62,568 nucleotides of DNA from Bordetella parapertussis (GCA_945897475.1 CAMDFL010000003.1:1-62568), one strand, 5' to 3'; shown: positions 19,865 to 29,776, numbered from the stretch's first letter. Numbers and translations: made by a program. The notes: generated from the sequence alone by a model not told the origin.

Positions 19865-20236
19865 GTGAAACTGCATCTTGCCCAAATCGGCGCCAGCAAG
19901 CTCATCACCGGATACGGCGAGGGCTTCGTAGAGATCAACAAACAGCGCCACGAACGCTCGCTGGTGGTGCTGCCCGATCGCGTCTGGACCGAATGGAGCG
20001 CGAGTACGTTCGAAGAGCTGACGCCCGCCGATATCGAGGCTCTGGCCGACTTGAAACAGGAAGTGATCCTCTTGGGCACCGGCAGGACGCTGCGCTTTCC
20101 ACGCGCCGAATTGATGCGCCCGCTGATCGAAGCCGGCATTAGCCTGGAAGTCATGGATGTGTCAGCCGCGTGCCGCACCTATAACATTCTGATGGCTGAA
20201 GAACGAAAAGTGGCCGCTGCGCTGCTGCTCGCATGA
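19865..20236 (+). CDS. Mth938-like (DUF498) domain protein
   Basis: 123-aa ORF with GTG start. ILLGTG motif and overall Mth938/NDUFAF3-like pattern. Confidence 0.65.
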   Translation: MKLHLAQIGASKLITGYGEGFVEINKQRHERSLVVLPDRVWTEWSASTFEELTPADIEALADLKQEVILLGTGRTLRFPRAELMRPLIEAGISLEVMDVSAACRTYNILMAEERKVAAALLLA

Positions 20237-20284
20237 TCCGCCTGGCCGTTTGCAGGCGGGATCGGTGTTCGATGGAATGAAGCC

Positions 20285-21937
20285 TTGGTGAATGCACAGC
20301 AAAACCTCTCGCGAAATGCCTGCGCGCTACTGATCGCGCTATTCGCATTGGCTTGGTTCTCGGCTCTGGACTATCGAAAACTCATCAAACCCGACGAAGG
20401 CCGCTATGCCGAGATCGCGCGTGAAATGGCGCAGTCCGGCGATTGGGTGACGCCGCGCCTGAACGGCATCAAGTATTTCGAAAAACCGCCGCTTCAATAC
20501 TGGGCGACCGCCGCAGCGTTTCGCGTGTTCGGAGAAAACGAATGGACCGCCCGCCTCTGGAGCGGACTCACTGGATTTGCCGGCGTAGTTCTCGCGGCAG
20601 TCACCGCGTCACGGCTTTTTGGCCCCCCCGCCGCCATGCTGACCGCGATCGTACTTGCCGGCAGTCTTTGGTGGGTGTTGATGGGCCACCTGAACACCCT
20701 GGACATGGGCTTCGCATTTTTTTTGCAAGCTTCGCTGGCGGGATTTCTTTTGGGCCAGACCTCACAACAAGGCAGCATCAGCGAACGCAATGCGATGCTT
20801 GCCGCCTGGGCGGCGGCGGCGCTCGCAGTATTGAGCAAAGGTCTTGCGGGCCTGATTCTGCCTGGAATGGTCCTTGTCGCCTATTGCCTGGTACAGCGCG
20901 AATGGATCATCTTTCGACGCTTGCATCTCCTGGGCGGCCTGGCGATATTCCTCGGCCTCACCGCCCCCTGGTTCATTGCGGTACAAATGGCCAATCCCGA
21001 ATTTGCCCGGTTCTTTTTTATCCACGAACATTTGGACCGATTTACCAGCACCACCCATGGCCGCACCCAGCCAGTGTGGTATTTCGTTCCCATTGTGGTG
21101 CTCGCGATGATGCCCTGGACAGGCATTGCCCTGCATGCCTGCGCCCGCGCGTGGCGCGCGCAATCCGAACCAGGCTTCAACGCGCGTCGTTTTTTGCTGT
21201 TATGGGTGGCGCTTATTTTCATTTTCTTTTCTGCGTCCGGATCGAAACTTCCCTCCTATATTCTGCCGCTGCTGCCAGCTTTGGCGCTGCTTTGCGGCGA
21301 CTGGCTGACCCGTGCCACGCCACGCGCATTGAGCTGGCACACCGTTTCGATAGCCGTGCTCGCGCTCGTCGCGATCCTGGTGATTCCGGCCTTGGGCAAG
21401 AATGCCAGCGGCGAAGCGCCGGGTGAAATGCTCGCGCAGTACGCGCAATGGCTGATGATCTCGATGTCGCTAATGCTCGCGGGTTTGCTGCTGGCGTTTT
21501 GGCTATTGCGTGGGCAACAAAAAATCTCAGCTATCGTCGCCATGGGATTCGCAGCGCTGCTCTCCTGGGAAATCGCGCTGCAAGGCCATGAGACGCTTGG
21601 CAGATCGAACTCCGCGTATTACATTGCCGCGCAGGTCAAGCCCTTGCTGCGCCCCGGCGTGCCGTTCTACAGCGTGGGCACCTACGAGCAGACCCTGCCC
21701 TTTTATCTGGACCGAACCGTGACCCTGGTTGAGTACCGCGATGAATTCAGCTATGGCCTGGATCAGGAGCCGGACCTGGCCATTGCCGACATACAGACAT
21801 TCAAGTCGCGCTGGATCGACGACAAGGAAGCCTTCGCGATGATGTCCCCAGATGGCTTCCGGCTGCTTGCCTCCCAAGGATTTGCTATGCGCGAAGTGGC
21901 GCGGGATTCGCGACGCATTATTGTGAGCAAACCATGA
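20285..21937 (+). CDS. arnT: 4-amino-4-deoxy-L-arabinose (L-Ara4N) transferase ArnT-like glycosyltransferase
   Basis: Polytopic 550-aa protein. PDEGRYAEIAREM and KYFEKPPLQYW motifs of the ArnT/PMT-type GT-C family. Heads the arn cluster. Confidence 0.85.
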   Translation: MVNAQQNLSRNACALLIALFALAWFSALDYRKLIKPDEGRYAEIAREMAQSGDWVTPRLNGIKYFEKPPLQYWATAAAFRVFGENEWTARLWSGLTGFAGVVLAAVTASRLFGPPAAMLTAIVLAGSLWWVLMGHLNTLDMGFAFFLQASLAGFLLGQTSQQGSISERNAMLAAWAAAALAVLSKGLAGLILPGMVLVAYCLVQREWIIFRRLHLLGGLAIFLGLTAPWFIAVQMANPEFARFFFIHEHLDRFTSTTHGRTQPVWYFVPIVVLAMMPWTGIALHACARAWRAQSEPGFNARRFLLLWVALIFIFFSASGSKLPSYILPLLPALALLCGDWLTRATPRALSWHTVSIAVLALVAILVIPALGKNASGEAPGEMLAQYAQWLMISMSLMLAGLLLAFWLLRGQQKISAIVAMGFAALLSWEIALQGHETLGRSNSAYYIAAQVKPLLRPGVPFYSVGTYEQTLPFYLDRTVTLVEYRDEFSYGLDQEPDLAIADIQTFKSRWIDDKEAFAMMSPDGFRLLASQGFAMREVARDSRRIIVSKP

Positions 21938-21982
21938 GCAGCGTGAGCAACCTATGAGCAGCTTGAGCAACCCATGAACACT
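21923..21982. repeat. 20-bp tandem repeat x3 across the arnT stop and arnE-like start
   Basis: gtgagcaaaccatgagcagc / gtgagcaacctatgagcagc / ttgagcaacccatgaacact. The arnT TGA (21935-21937) sits in copy 1 and the downstream ATG (21974) in copy 3. Confidence 0.85.
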
Positions 21983-22348
21983 ATCAGCTTTTCCCTGATT
22001 TTGACCGGCGTACTGCTAAACGCCGCGGCGCAACTGCTTTTGAAGGCCGGCACCAATGTGGTGGGTCAGTTTGAATTCAGCATGGAAAATGCGCTGCCGG
22101 TGGGCATGCGATTGGCGACGGAGCCGCACATTCTTGGCGGAATGCTTTGTTACGTCGTGAGTCTGGTGGTTTGGATCATGGGCCTGTCGCGCGTCGAGGT
22201 GAGCGTTGCCTACCCCATGTTGTCGATTGGCTATGTGATCAACGCGGTCGCGGCCTGGTACCTTTTCGGTGAGTCCGTTTCGGCCTTGAGACTCGCCGGT
22301 ATCGGCTTCATTATCGCAGGTGTTTTCCTGGTCGCGAAAAGTTCCTGA
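21974..22348 (+). CDS. SMR/EamA-like small membrane protein, ArnE/ArnF-like flippase subunit
   Basis: 124 aa with four predicted TM helices. Positioned between arnT and arnB. Confidence 0.7.
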   Translation: MNTISFSLILTGVLLNAAAQLLLKAGTNVVGQFEFSMENALPVGMRLATEPHILGGMLCYVVSLVVWIMGLSRVEVSVAYPMLSIGYVINAVAAWYLFGESVSALRLAGIGFIIAGVFLVAKSS

Positions 22349-22356
22349 GGGTCCCG

Positions 22357-23469
22357 TTGAGTACAAAAAATTTCCTGCCATTTACCCGTCCTTCAATCGA
22401 TGAGGCCACTATCGCCGGGGTCACCGAAGTACTTCGATCGGGCTGGATCACCTCCGGACCGATGGTGCAAAAATTTGAGGAAGCGTTATCCGAATGTGTC
22501 GATGGCCGGACAGTTCGCAGTTTCAATTCAGCAACGGCGGCCCTGGAAATTGGTCTGCGTATCGCCGGCGTCGGACCCGGCTTTGAGGTCATCACCACGC
22601 CCCTGTCCTGGGTCGCCACATCCAACGTCATACTGGAGGTCGGTGCCAAACCGGTGTTCGTTGATATCGACCCGGTGACGCGAAATATCGATCTGGAGCG
22701 CATCGAAGCCGCGATCACGCCGGCGACGCGCGCACTGATTCCCGTCTACCTCGCCGGTTTGCCGGTGGACATGGACCGCCTGTATGCGATCGCCAATAAG
22801 CATCGGCTTCGCGTGATCGAGGATGCCGCGCAGGCCCTGGGCAGTCGCTGGAATGCAAAGCGCATCGGCGCGATGGGCGATCTTGTGGCGTTCAGTTTCC
22901 AGGCCAACAAGAATCTCACCTGCGCCGAAGGCGGTGCTCTGGTGGTCAATTCCGAGGCTGAGGCCGTGCTCTGCGAGAAATACCGGCTGCAAGGTGTGAC
23001 GCGCCACCCGAACGGGGAAATGGAATGCGACCTGCTCGGCGGCAAATTCAATCTTACCGATATCGCGGCGCGCATCGCACTGGGGCAACTTCCCCTGATC
23101 GATTCGGTGCTTGAACGACGCCGTGCATTGGCGCGCCGATATTTCGAGAAATGGGATCGCAGCCTGGGATGCGAGATGCCCCCGGAGGATTTCGAGAACT
23201 CGAACTGGCATATGTTTCAAGTAGTACTTCCAGAGCGGATGAAGCGACCGGAATTCATCACCCGAATGTTCGATGCGGGAATCGGTATCGGCGTGCATTA
23301 CCCGCCGATTCACCTGTTCGCGCTCTATCGGAAATTGGGTTTCCATGAGGGCCAGTTTCCCCATGCGGAGCGCATCGGCAGGCAGATCGCCACCCTGCCG
23401 CTGTTCCCGGCAATGAATGAGGCGGACATCGATCGCGTCTGCGACGAGGCGCGCCGGGTATTGACATGA
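22357..23469 (+). CDS. arnB: UDP-4-amino-4-deoxy-L-arabinose--oxoglutarate aminotransferase
   Basis: DegT/DnrJ/EryC1 family. Colinear with E. coli ArnB as recalled: FLPF.RP, SGWIT.GP, SF.A.KN.TCAEGG. Confidence 0.9.
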   Translation: MSTKNFLPFTRPSIDEATIAGVTEVLRSGWITSGPMVQKFEEALSECVDGRTVRSFNSATAALEIGLRIAGVGPGFEVITTPLSWVATSNVILEVGAKPVFVDIDPVTRNIDLERIEAAITPATRALIPVYLAGLPVDMDRLYAIANKHRLRVIEDAAQALGSRWNAKRIGAMGDLVAFSFQANKNLTCAEGGALVVNSEAEAVLCEKYRLQGVTRHPNGEMECDLLGGKFNLTDIAARIALGQLPLIDSVLERRRALARRYFEKWDRSLGCEMPPEDFENSNWHMFQVVLPERMKRPEFITRMFDAGIGIGVHYPPIHLFALYRKLGFHEGQFPHAERIGRQIATLPLFPAMNEADIDRVCDEARRVLT

Positions 23470-24467
23470 GTGCCCCGCCTCGCCTCAGCGTCGTTGTTCC
23501 GGTGTACAACGAAGAGGCTGTGCTCCCGGCGTTGTTGGCCCGCTTGTACCCGGCGCTGGACGCCCTTGGGCAAACCTATGAATTAATCTTCATCAACGAC
23601 GGCAGCCGCGACCGGTCTGCGGCGATATTGAAGCAGCAGTTCGATAAGCGCCCGGATGTGACACGTGTCATTTTGTTCAACGGCAATTACGGCCAGCATA
23701 TGGCCATCATGGCGGGCTTCGAACATGTCCGGGGCGAGCAGATAGTGACCCTGGACGCCGACCTGCAGAATCCGCCGGAAGAAATCGGCAAACTCCTGGC
23801 AAAACTGGATGAAGGTCACGACTACGTCGGCAGCATCCGGGCCGCGCGCCAGGACACGGCGTTTCGCCGCATCGCCTCGCGAGCCATGAACCGGTTGCGT
23901 GAGCGCATCACCAATATTCAAATGACCGACCAGGGCTGCATGCTGCGCGCCTACAGTCGCCGGATCATCGACACGCTCAATACCTGTCGCGAAAGCAACA
24001 CCTTCATTCCCGCGCTCGCCTATACCTTTGCGGAAAATCCGGTCGAAGTCGAAGTCGCGCATGAGGAACGCGCCGCGGGCGAATCCAAATATTCGCTCTA
24101 TAGCCTGGTGCGCCTGAATTTCGATCTGGTCACCGGCTTCTCGACCCTGCCCCTGCAAATGTTTTCAATTTCAGGCATCGCCATTTCCGTGGCATCGCTA
24201 CTATTCGTCGTCTATCTGGCGGTGCGGCGGCTGATCATAGGACCGGAGGCCGAAGGCCTGTTCACTCTGTTCGGCATCGCGTTCTTTTTGATTGGCATCA
24301 CGCTGTTCGGCATTGGTCTGCTCGGTGAATATATTGCCCGCATCTACGAACAAGTGCGCGAACGGCCGCGCTATGTGGTGCGCGAGATATTGGAGCGCCG
24401 GAACCGCGAAATTGAGTATCCGGCAGGCGGCATTCTGGATAAAAAATCGGCGGAGAGCAAAGCTTGA
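23466..24467 (+). CDS. arnC: undecaprenyl-phosphate 4-deoxy-4-formamido-L-arabinose transferase (GT2)
   Basis: LSVVVPVYNEE and INDGSRD GT2 motifs with two C-terminal TM helices. 4-nt overlap with arnB. Confidence 0.9.
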   Translation: MSAPPRLSVVVPVYNEEAVLPALLARLYPALDALGQTYELIFINDGSRDRSAAILKQQFDKRPDVTRVILFNGNYGQHMAIMAGFEHVRGEQIVTLDADLQNPPEEIGKLLAKLDEGHDYVGSIRAARQDTAFRRIASRAMNRLRERITNIQMTDQGCMLRAYSRRIIDTLNTCRESNTFIPALAYTFAENPVEVEVAHEERAAGESKYSLYSLVRLNFDLVTGFSTLPLQMFSISGIAISVASLLFVVYLAVRRLIIGPEAEGLFTLFGIAFFLIGITLFGIGLLGEYIARIYEQVRERPRYVVREILERRNREIEYPAGGILDKKSAESKA

Positions 24468-25405
24468 CTAGCGCCGTGGTATTCGCCTACCACGACGTGG
24501 GAGTTCGTTGCCTTAGCGCATTGATTGAGGCCCGGGTCAAAATTCCACTGCTTGTCAGCCACCACGATGATCCTGGCGAGACTATTTTTTTCGAAAGCGT
24601 GGCCAAGCTCGCCGCCGACAACGGCATTGAGTGCATCTTCCCCGATGACCCGAACACACCCGAGATCATCGCGCGCATAAGCCAATTGCGGCCGGATTTT
24701 CTATTCTCCTTTTACTACCGTCGCATGCTCAGGCCTGCCTTGCTGGCCTGTGCAGGCAGCGGTGCATACAATATGCACGGCTCCCTGCTGCCCAAATATC
24801 GCGGACGCGCGCCAGTTAACTGGGCGGTGCTGCACGGCGAGCATGAAACCGGCGCAACGCTGCACGAGATGGTGGAAAAACCCGATGCAGGGCGCTTAGT
24901 CGATAGTCAAGCCGTCCCGATCGGGCCGGAGGACACGGCCGCCGAAGTTTTTACCCGTGTCACCGGCGCGGCGGAAAATGTCATTCGCCGGGCGATCCCT
25001 GGATTGATAGCCGGCAGCGCGGTGCTGACTGCCCAGAATCTGCAACAGGGGAGCTACTTTGGCGGACGCTCACCCGAAGATGGCCGCATCGACTGGCGCA
25101 AAAGCGCGCAATCGGTGCATAACCTGGTACGCGCGGTGGCGCCTCCCTATCCCGGCGCCTTCACCATGATAGGAGGCGTCAAATTGAAAATTTTAAAAAC
25201 GCGCCTGATCAATGAGAAGTTCGCGATCACCGCGCCTCCCGCCTTAATTTTTCAGCCGCAATCCTCGCAGCTCACCGCGGTATGCGCCGATTCCAGCGCC
25301 CTAGACTTGCTGGCGATGCAACTGGACAATGCGCCTTTCACCCCGGCCCAGTTTCTGTCACGATTCGGCCCGCAATCGATTCCACTCCCGATTACAACCG
25401 TATAG
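24464..25405 (+). CDS. arnA: UDP-L-Ara4N formyltransferase (stand-alone ArnA N-terminal domain)
   Basis: VVFAYHD.G, SFYYR and HGSLLPKYRGRAP.NW motifs, as in the E. coli ArnA formyltransferase domain. Confidence 0.9.
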   Translation: MTSAVVFAYHDVGVRCLSALIEARVKIPLLVSHHDDPGETIFFESVAKLAADNGIECIFPDDPNTPEIIARISQLRPDFLFSFYYRRMLRPALLACAGSGAYNMHGSLLPKYRGRAPVNWAVLHGEHETGATLHEMVEKPDAGRLVDSQAVPIGPEDTAAEVFTRVTGAAENVIRRAIPGLIAGSAVLTAQNLQQGSYFGGRSPEDGRIDWRKSAQSVHNLVRAVAPPYPGAFTMIGGVKLKILKTRLINEKFAITAPPALIFQPQSSQLTAVCADSSALDLLAMQLDNAPFTPAQFLSRFGPQSIPLPITTV

Positions 25406-25410
25406 TGACC

Positions 25411-26466
25411 ATGAAAAAAATACTCATCCTCGGCGTCAACGGCTTCATCGGCCACCACCTTACCCAGCGGATTCTGGCCAATACCGACTGGGAAGTCTAT
25501 GGCATGGACATGCAATCCGAGCGCGTCAGCGATTGCTTGAAAAACAAGCGCTTTCATTTCTTCGAAGGCGACATCACCATCAATCGCGAGTGGATCGAAT
25601 ACCACATCCGCAAATGCGACACGGTATTGCCCCTGGTGGCAATCGCCACGCCGGCGACCTATGTGAAGCAACCTTTGAAGGTTTTCGAGCTGGATTTCGA
25701 AGCAAACCTGCCTATCGTGCGCTCCTGCGTCAAGCACGGCAAACGCCTGCTGTTTCCTTCGACATCCGAGGTCTACGGCATGTGCGAGGACTCGAGCTTC
25801 GATCCTGAGTCCTCACCTCTGGTCTATGGCCCGATTAACAAGCCGCGCTGGATTTATGCCTGCTCCAAGCAACTCATGGACCGCGTGATCCACGCCTATG
25901 GCATGGGCGATGGCAGGGGCAATGGCCTGGACTACACCCTGTTCCGGCCCTTCAATTGGATAGGCTCGGGGCTGGATTCCATCAACACGCCCAAGGAAGG
26001 CAGTTCGCGCGTGATCACCCAGTTTTTCGGCCATATCGTGCGTGGCGAAGCGATCAAACTGGTCGATGGCGGCCGCCAGAAGCGCGCCTTCACCTATATT
26101 GATGATGGCATCGACGCACTGATGAAAATAATCGCCAACCCGCGCGGCATCGCCAGCGGCAAGATCTATAACATTGGCAATCCGAGGAATAACTTTTCCG
26201 TCAGGCAGCTCGCAGAGATGATGCTAAGCCTGGCCGCCCACTACCCCGAATACGCTGCCAGCGCACGCAAGGTGAAGTTGAAGCTGGTCACCGCCAAGAA
26301 CTACTATGGCGAGGGCTATCAGGACGTGCAGAACCGCGTGCCGAAAATCACCAATACCATGGCGGATTTAGGATGGAAGCCTCGCGTCAATATGAAAGAT
26401 GCGCTGAAAAATATTTTCGATGCGTATCGTGGGCACGTCGCCGAGGCAAGGCAACTGGTCGATTAG
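25411..26466 (+). CDS. arnA: UDP-glucuronate oxidative decarboxylase (stand-alone ArnA C-terminal domain)
   Basis: Uses the internal start MKKILILGVNGFIGHHL of ORF 25282..26466. LPLVAIATP, FPSTSEVYGMC and KPRWIYACSKQL motifs. Confidence 0.92.
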   Translation: MKKILILGVNGFIGHHLTQRILANTDWEVYGMDMQSERVSDCLKNKRFHFFEGDITINREWIEYHIRKCDTVLPLVAIATPATYVKQPLKVFELDFEANLPIVRSCVKHGKRLLFPSTSEVYGMCEDSSFDPESSPLVYGPINKPRWIYACSKQLMDRVIHAYGMGDGRGNGLDYTLFRPFNWIGSGLDSINTPKEGSSRVITQFFGHIVRGEAIKLVDGGRQKRAFTYIDDGIDALMKIIANPRGIASGKIYNIGNPRNNFSVRQLAEMMLSLAAHYPEYAASARKVKLKLVTAKNYYGEGYQDVQNRVPKITNTMADLGWKPRVNMKDALKNIFDAYRGHVAEARQLVD

Positions 26467-26588
26467 AAAATTAGAGAACAAGGAGGCCTTCGCCCCCTTG
26501 TATATCTCCCCGATCCAGTGAAAGCACCGTCTAGGCTTTGCGCAAGATCTAAACTTATTGTTGGTTTTCCCGAATTGTCATCTTTCGA

Positions 26589-27503
26589 TTGAAACTCGCC
26601 TTAAAAATCGATGTCGATACCTACCGTGGCACCCGCGAGGGCGTGCCACGCCTTGTCGAGGTGCTAAAAAAACATGGCGTCGGCGCGACTTTTCTGTTTA
26701 GTCTCGGCCCGGATCACACCGGCCGAGCCATCCGTCGCGTGTTTCAGCCAGGATTCGCGCAAAAGGTTTCACGTACCTCGGTTCTGGAACACTACGGACT
26801 GAAAACCCTGCTCTACGGGACCTTGCTACCTGGCCCCGACATCGGCGCTGCATGCGCTGACATCCTGCGCCAGGTCCGCGATGAAGGATTCGAGGTCGGC
26901 GTCCACTGCTGGGATCACGTTCGCTGGCAGGATGGTCTTAGCGATGCCGACGAGGCATGGACTGGTGCCGAAATGAAACTCGCCCTGGCCCGCTTCAATG
27001 AAGTGTTCTCCGAAACGGCAAAAGTCCACGGTGCCGCAGGATGGCAAATGAACATTCACGCCCTGCGTCTGGTCGAGCGGCTGGGTTTCAACTATGCATC
27101 CGACACGCGTGGGGTCTGCCCATTCGTTCCGGTGTGGAACGCCGAACCATTCGCCATACCGCAATTGCCCACCACACTGCCCACCTTGGACGAGCTGATC
27201 GGCGTTGATGGAATTACCCGGGATAATGTCGCGAAGCGCTTAATCGAACTAAGCGCCAACCCGCCCTCAAGCGGACACGTGTACACCTTGCACGCCGAGC
27301 TGGAAGGTGGAAAATTTCATTCGATTTTTGAGACTCTCATCGAACAATGGACCGCATCGGGTTTTAAGTTGATTTCGCTCAAGGAAATGGCCAACGAGCT
27401 TGACATCAGTTCACTTCCAAGACACGAGGTGGTGATTGGGCAGATCCCTGGCCGCTCGGGTACTCTTGCAATGCAGGGTGCCGAGTTTCTAAAAGTCAGC
27501 TGA
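26589..27503 (+). CDS. arnD: 4-deoxy-4-formamido-L-arabinose-phosphoundecaprenol deformylase
   Basis: TTG start. L.IDVDT.RGTREGVPRL as in E. coli ArnD. Polysaccharide deacetylase fold. Confidence 0.9.
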   Translation: MKLALKIDVDTYRGTREGVPRLVEVLKKHGVGATFLFSLGPDHTGRAIRRVFQPGFAQKVSRTSVLEHYGLKTLLYGTLLPGPDIGAACADILRQVRDEGFEVGVHCWDHVRWQDGLSDADEAWTGAEMKLALARFNEVFSETAKVHGAAGWQMNIHALRLVERLGFNYASDTRGVCPFVPVWNAEPFAIPQLPTTLPTLDELIGVDGITRDNVAKRLIELSANPPSSGHVYTLHAELEGGKFHSIFETLIEQWTASGFKLISLKEMANELDISSLPRHEVVIGQIPGRSGTLAMQGAEFLKVS

Positions 27504-27650
27504 CAGGTCGCCCCTCGATTTTTGCAAGAAAATATTCCGACTGCAAAAAATCCTTTTACAAAAAATCGCTTGTCATAAACACGCCATAAAGCTCCATAAT
27601 CATATGGAGTTGATCGTAAGAAATTGACATTTGCCTATGAAGAGCCGAAT

Positions 27651-28148
27651 ATGTCCAGCAAGGCAACCGAGAACCAAGAAAACAAGCCTTTAATGGCCAA
27701 CACAACGGTAAAAGACTTTTCCCTGCCAGCCACCGGAGGCGAGAAATTCACGCTGTCGGAATCCAAGGCGAATGCGCTTGTCCTGTATTTTTATCCCAAG
27801 GACAACACGCCCGGTTGCAGCACAGAAGGCATGAACTTCCGCGACCTGCACCAGGAATTTCAGGGGGCAGGCGCCGAAATTTACGGCATCTCTCGAGACA
27901 GTCTCAAGTCGCACGAGAACTTCAAGGCCAAACTGGCTTTCCCCTTCGATCTACTTTCGGATGAAGAAGAAAGGGTTTGCGCCCAGTTTGGCGTGATGAA
28001 GCTCAAAAACATGTATGGCAGACAGGTTCGAGGCATCGAACGCAGCACCTTTGTGATCGATTCCCATCGCGTCGTCCGCCGGGAATGGCGCGGTGTAAAG
28101 GTCCCCGGTCATGTTCAGGAGGTACTGGATTTTGTCAAAACACTCTGA
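27651..28148 (+). CDS. bcp: thioredoxin-dependent peroxiredoxin Bcp
   Basis: FYPKDNTPGCSTE peroxidatic Cys motif. The ATG at 27651 is preferred over the TTG at 27624. Confidence 0.9.
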   Translation: MSSKATENQENKPLMANTTVKDFSLPATGGEKFTLSESKANALVLYFYPKDNTPGCSTEGMNFRDLHQEFQGAGAEIYGISRDSLKSHENFKAKLAFPFDLLSDEEERVCAQFGVMKLKNMYGRQVRGIERSTFVIDSHRVVRREWRGVKVPGHVQEVLDFVKTL

Positions 28149-29628
28149 CGCACTCTCGCTACCGAATATTCCAGCAGACGCATCTGCTCCATCACCTGAG
28201 TTCCTGCCCGTGCCAGCCCGCAAAGAAAGTCCGTCCCCGAAAAAAACAACAACAAAGCTGTTCGTGCTCGACACCAATGTCTTGATGCACGATCCAACCA
28301 GCCTGTTCCGATTCGAAGAACACGACATCTATCTGCCCATCATGACCCTCGAGGAACTCGACGGCCATAAGCTGGGAATGTCCGAGGTATCCCGCAATGC
28401 GCGCCAGGCGAGCCGCTTCATCGAGGAAGTGGTGACCCGCGCGAAAAGCAGCATCGTGGATGGCATCTTTCTCAAGCGCCACAATGCCGACCCCGCAGCG
28501 GGTAAGCTATTCCTGCAAACCGAAGCCATCAATGATCAGTTGCCTGCAAATCTGCCTATAGGCAAGGCGGATAACCACATCATCGGCGTTGTGATGTTCC
28601 TGCAAAAGAAACACGCTCAGCGCAAAGTGATACTGGTGTCGAAAGACATCAACATGCGCATCAAGGCGCGCGCGCTTGGCCTGGAAGCCGAGGACTACTT
28701 CAACGACAAGGTATTGGAGGACACCGATCTTCTATACACGGGCGTTCGCGAACTGGGCGCGGATTTCTGGGACAAGCATGGCAATGACATGGAATCCTGG
28801 AAAAAGGACGGACGAACTTTTTATCGGGTGCGCGGCCCGCTATGCCACGAATTGCTGCTCAATGAATTTGTCTACCAGGTGAGCGATCAACCGCTGCATG
28901 CCATCGTTCGGGAAACCCACGGAAGCATGGTGGTGCTGGAGACCATTCGCGATTTTGCCCCTGCCCGCAATGGCGTTTGGGGCATCAATGCGCGCAATCG
29001 AGAGCAAAACTTCGCGTTAAATCTTTTAATGAATCCCGAGATCGATTTTGTGACCCTGCTGGGACACGCAGGCACCGGCAAAACGCTGCTCACGCTCGCC
29101 GCAGGGCTAATGCAGACGCTGGAATCCAAAACCTACTCCGAAATCATCATTACCCGCGTGACCGTGCCGGTGGGCGAGGACATCGGCTTTCTGCCCGGCA
29201 CCGAGGAGGAAAAAATGACGCCGTGGATGGGCGCATTGGAGGACAACCTGGAGGTGCTCACCAAGACCGACGAATCCGCCGGCGAGTGGGGGCGCGCCGC
29301 CACCCGCGATCTGGTCCAATCGCGAATCAAGATCAAATCGCTGAATTTCATGCGCGGACGCACCTTCCTCAACAAATATCTGATTATCGATGAGGCGCAG
29401 AATCTCACGCCCAAACAAATGAAGACCCTGATCACACGTGCCGGTCCCGGCACCAAGGTAGTGTGCCTGGGCAATATCTCGCAGATCGATACACCCTACC
29501 TCACAGAAGGGTCATCGGGATTGACTTACGTGGTGGATCGCTTCAAGGGATGGGCGCACAGCGGACATGTGACGCTCGCACGCGGCGAACGTTCACGCCT
29601 GGCAGATCAGGCGGGGGAAGTTTTGTAG
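28111..29628 (+). CDS. PIN-domain plus PhoH-like ATPase protein (YlaK-like)
   Basis: LFVLDTNVLMHDP PIN N-terminus. Walker A GHAGTGKT and Walker B YLIIDEAQN. The ATG at 28111 overlaps bcp by 38 nt, so the start is uncertain. Confidence 0.85.
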   Translation: MFRRYWILSKHSDALSLPNIPADASAPSPEFLPVPARKESPSPKKTTTKLFVLDTNVLMHDPTSLFRFEEHDIYLPIMTLEELDGHKLGMSEVSRNARQASRFIEEVVTRAKSSIVDGIFLKRHNADPAAGKLFLQTEAINDQLPANLPIGKADNHIIGVVMFLQKKHAQRKVILVSKDINMRIKARALGLEAEDYFNDKVLEDTDLLYTGVRELGADFWDKHGNDMESWKKDGRTFYRVRGPLCHELLLNEFVYQVSDQPLHAIVRETHGSMVVLETIRDFAPARNGVWGINARNREQNFALNLLMNPEIDFVTLLGHAGTGKTLLTLAAGLMQTLESKTYSEIIITRVTVPVGEDIGFLPGTEEEKMTPWMGALEDNLEVLTKTDESAGEWGRAATRDLVQSRIKIKSLNFMRGRTFLNKYLIIDEAQNLTPKQMKTLITRAGPGTKVVCLGNISQIDTPYLTEGSSGLTYVVDRFKGWAHSGHVTLARGERSRLADQAGEVL

Positions 29629-29687
29629 CGAGCGGAGTATTACAGGCGCGTATTACAAGCGGGTTTTATAAAGACCGTCGCTTGCTT

Positions 29688-29758
29688 GCGGACAGCTTCA
29701 TCATCCGCAAAAAAGCGACGGTCCGCACGGACGGATTTTTTTCGTCCGTGCAGGTTTT
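29688..29758. repeat. ~70-bp structured dispersed repeat, copy A (two stem-loops)
   Basis: Shares gcttcatcatccgc...aaagcgac..tccgcacg.acggattttt..cgt.cgtgcagg.ttt with 58556-58627. Stems at 29688-29692/29704-29708 and 29725-29733/29743-29751. Confidence 0.75.
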
Positions 29759-29776
29759 AGTAAAACCTGCTCGTGC

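Noticed and set aside
20237-20284. Hairpin ccgcctg-N7-caggcgg after the Mth938-like gene, as a possible terminator
   Set aside because: It has only a 7-bp stem and no following T-run. The arnT start is 20 nt downstream, so I could not support a terminator call.
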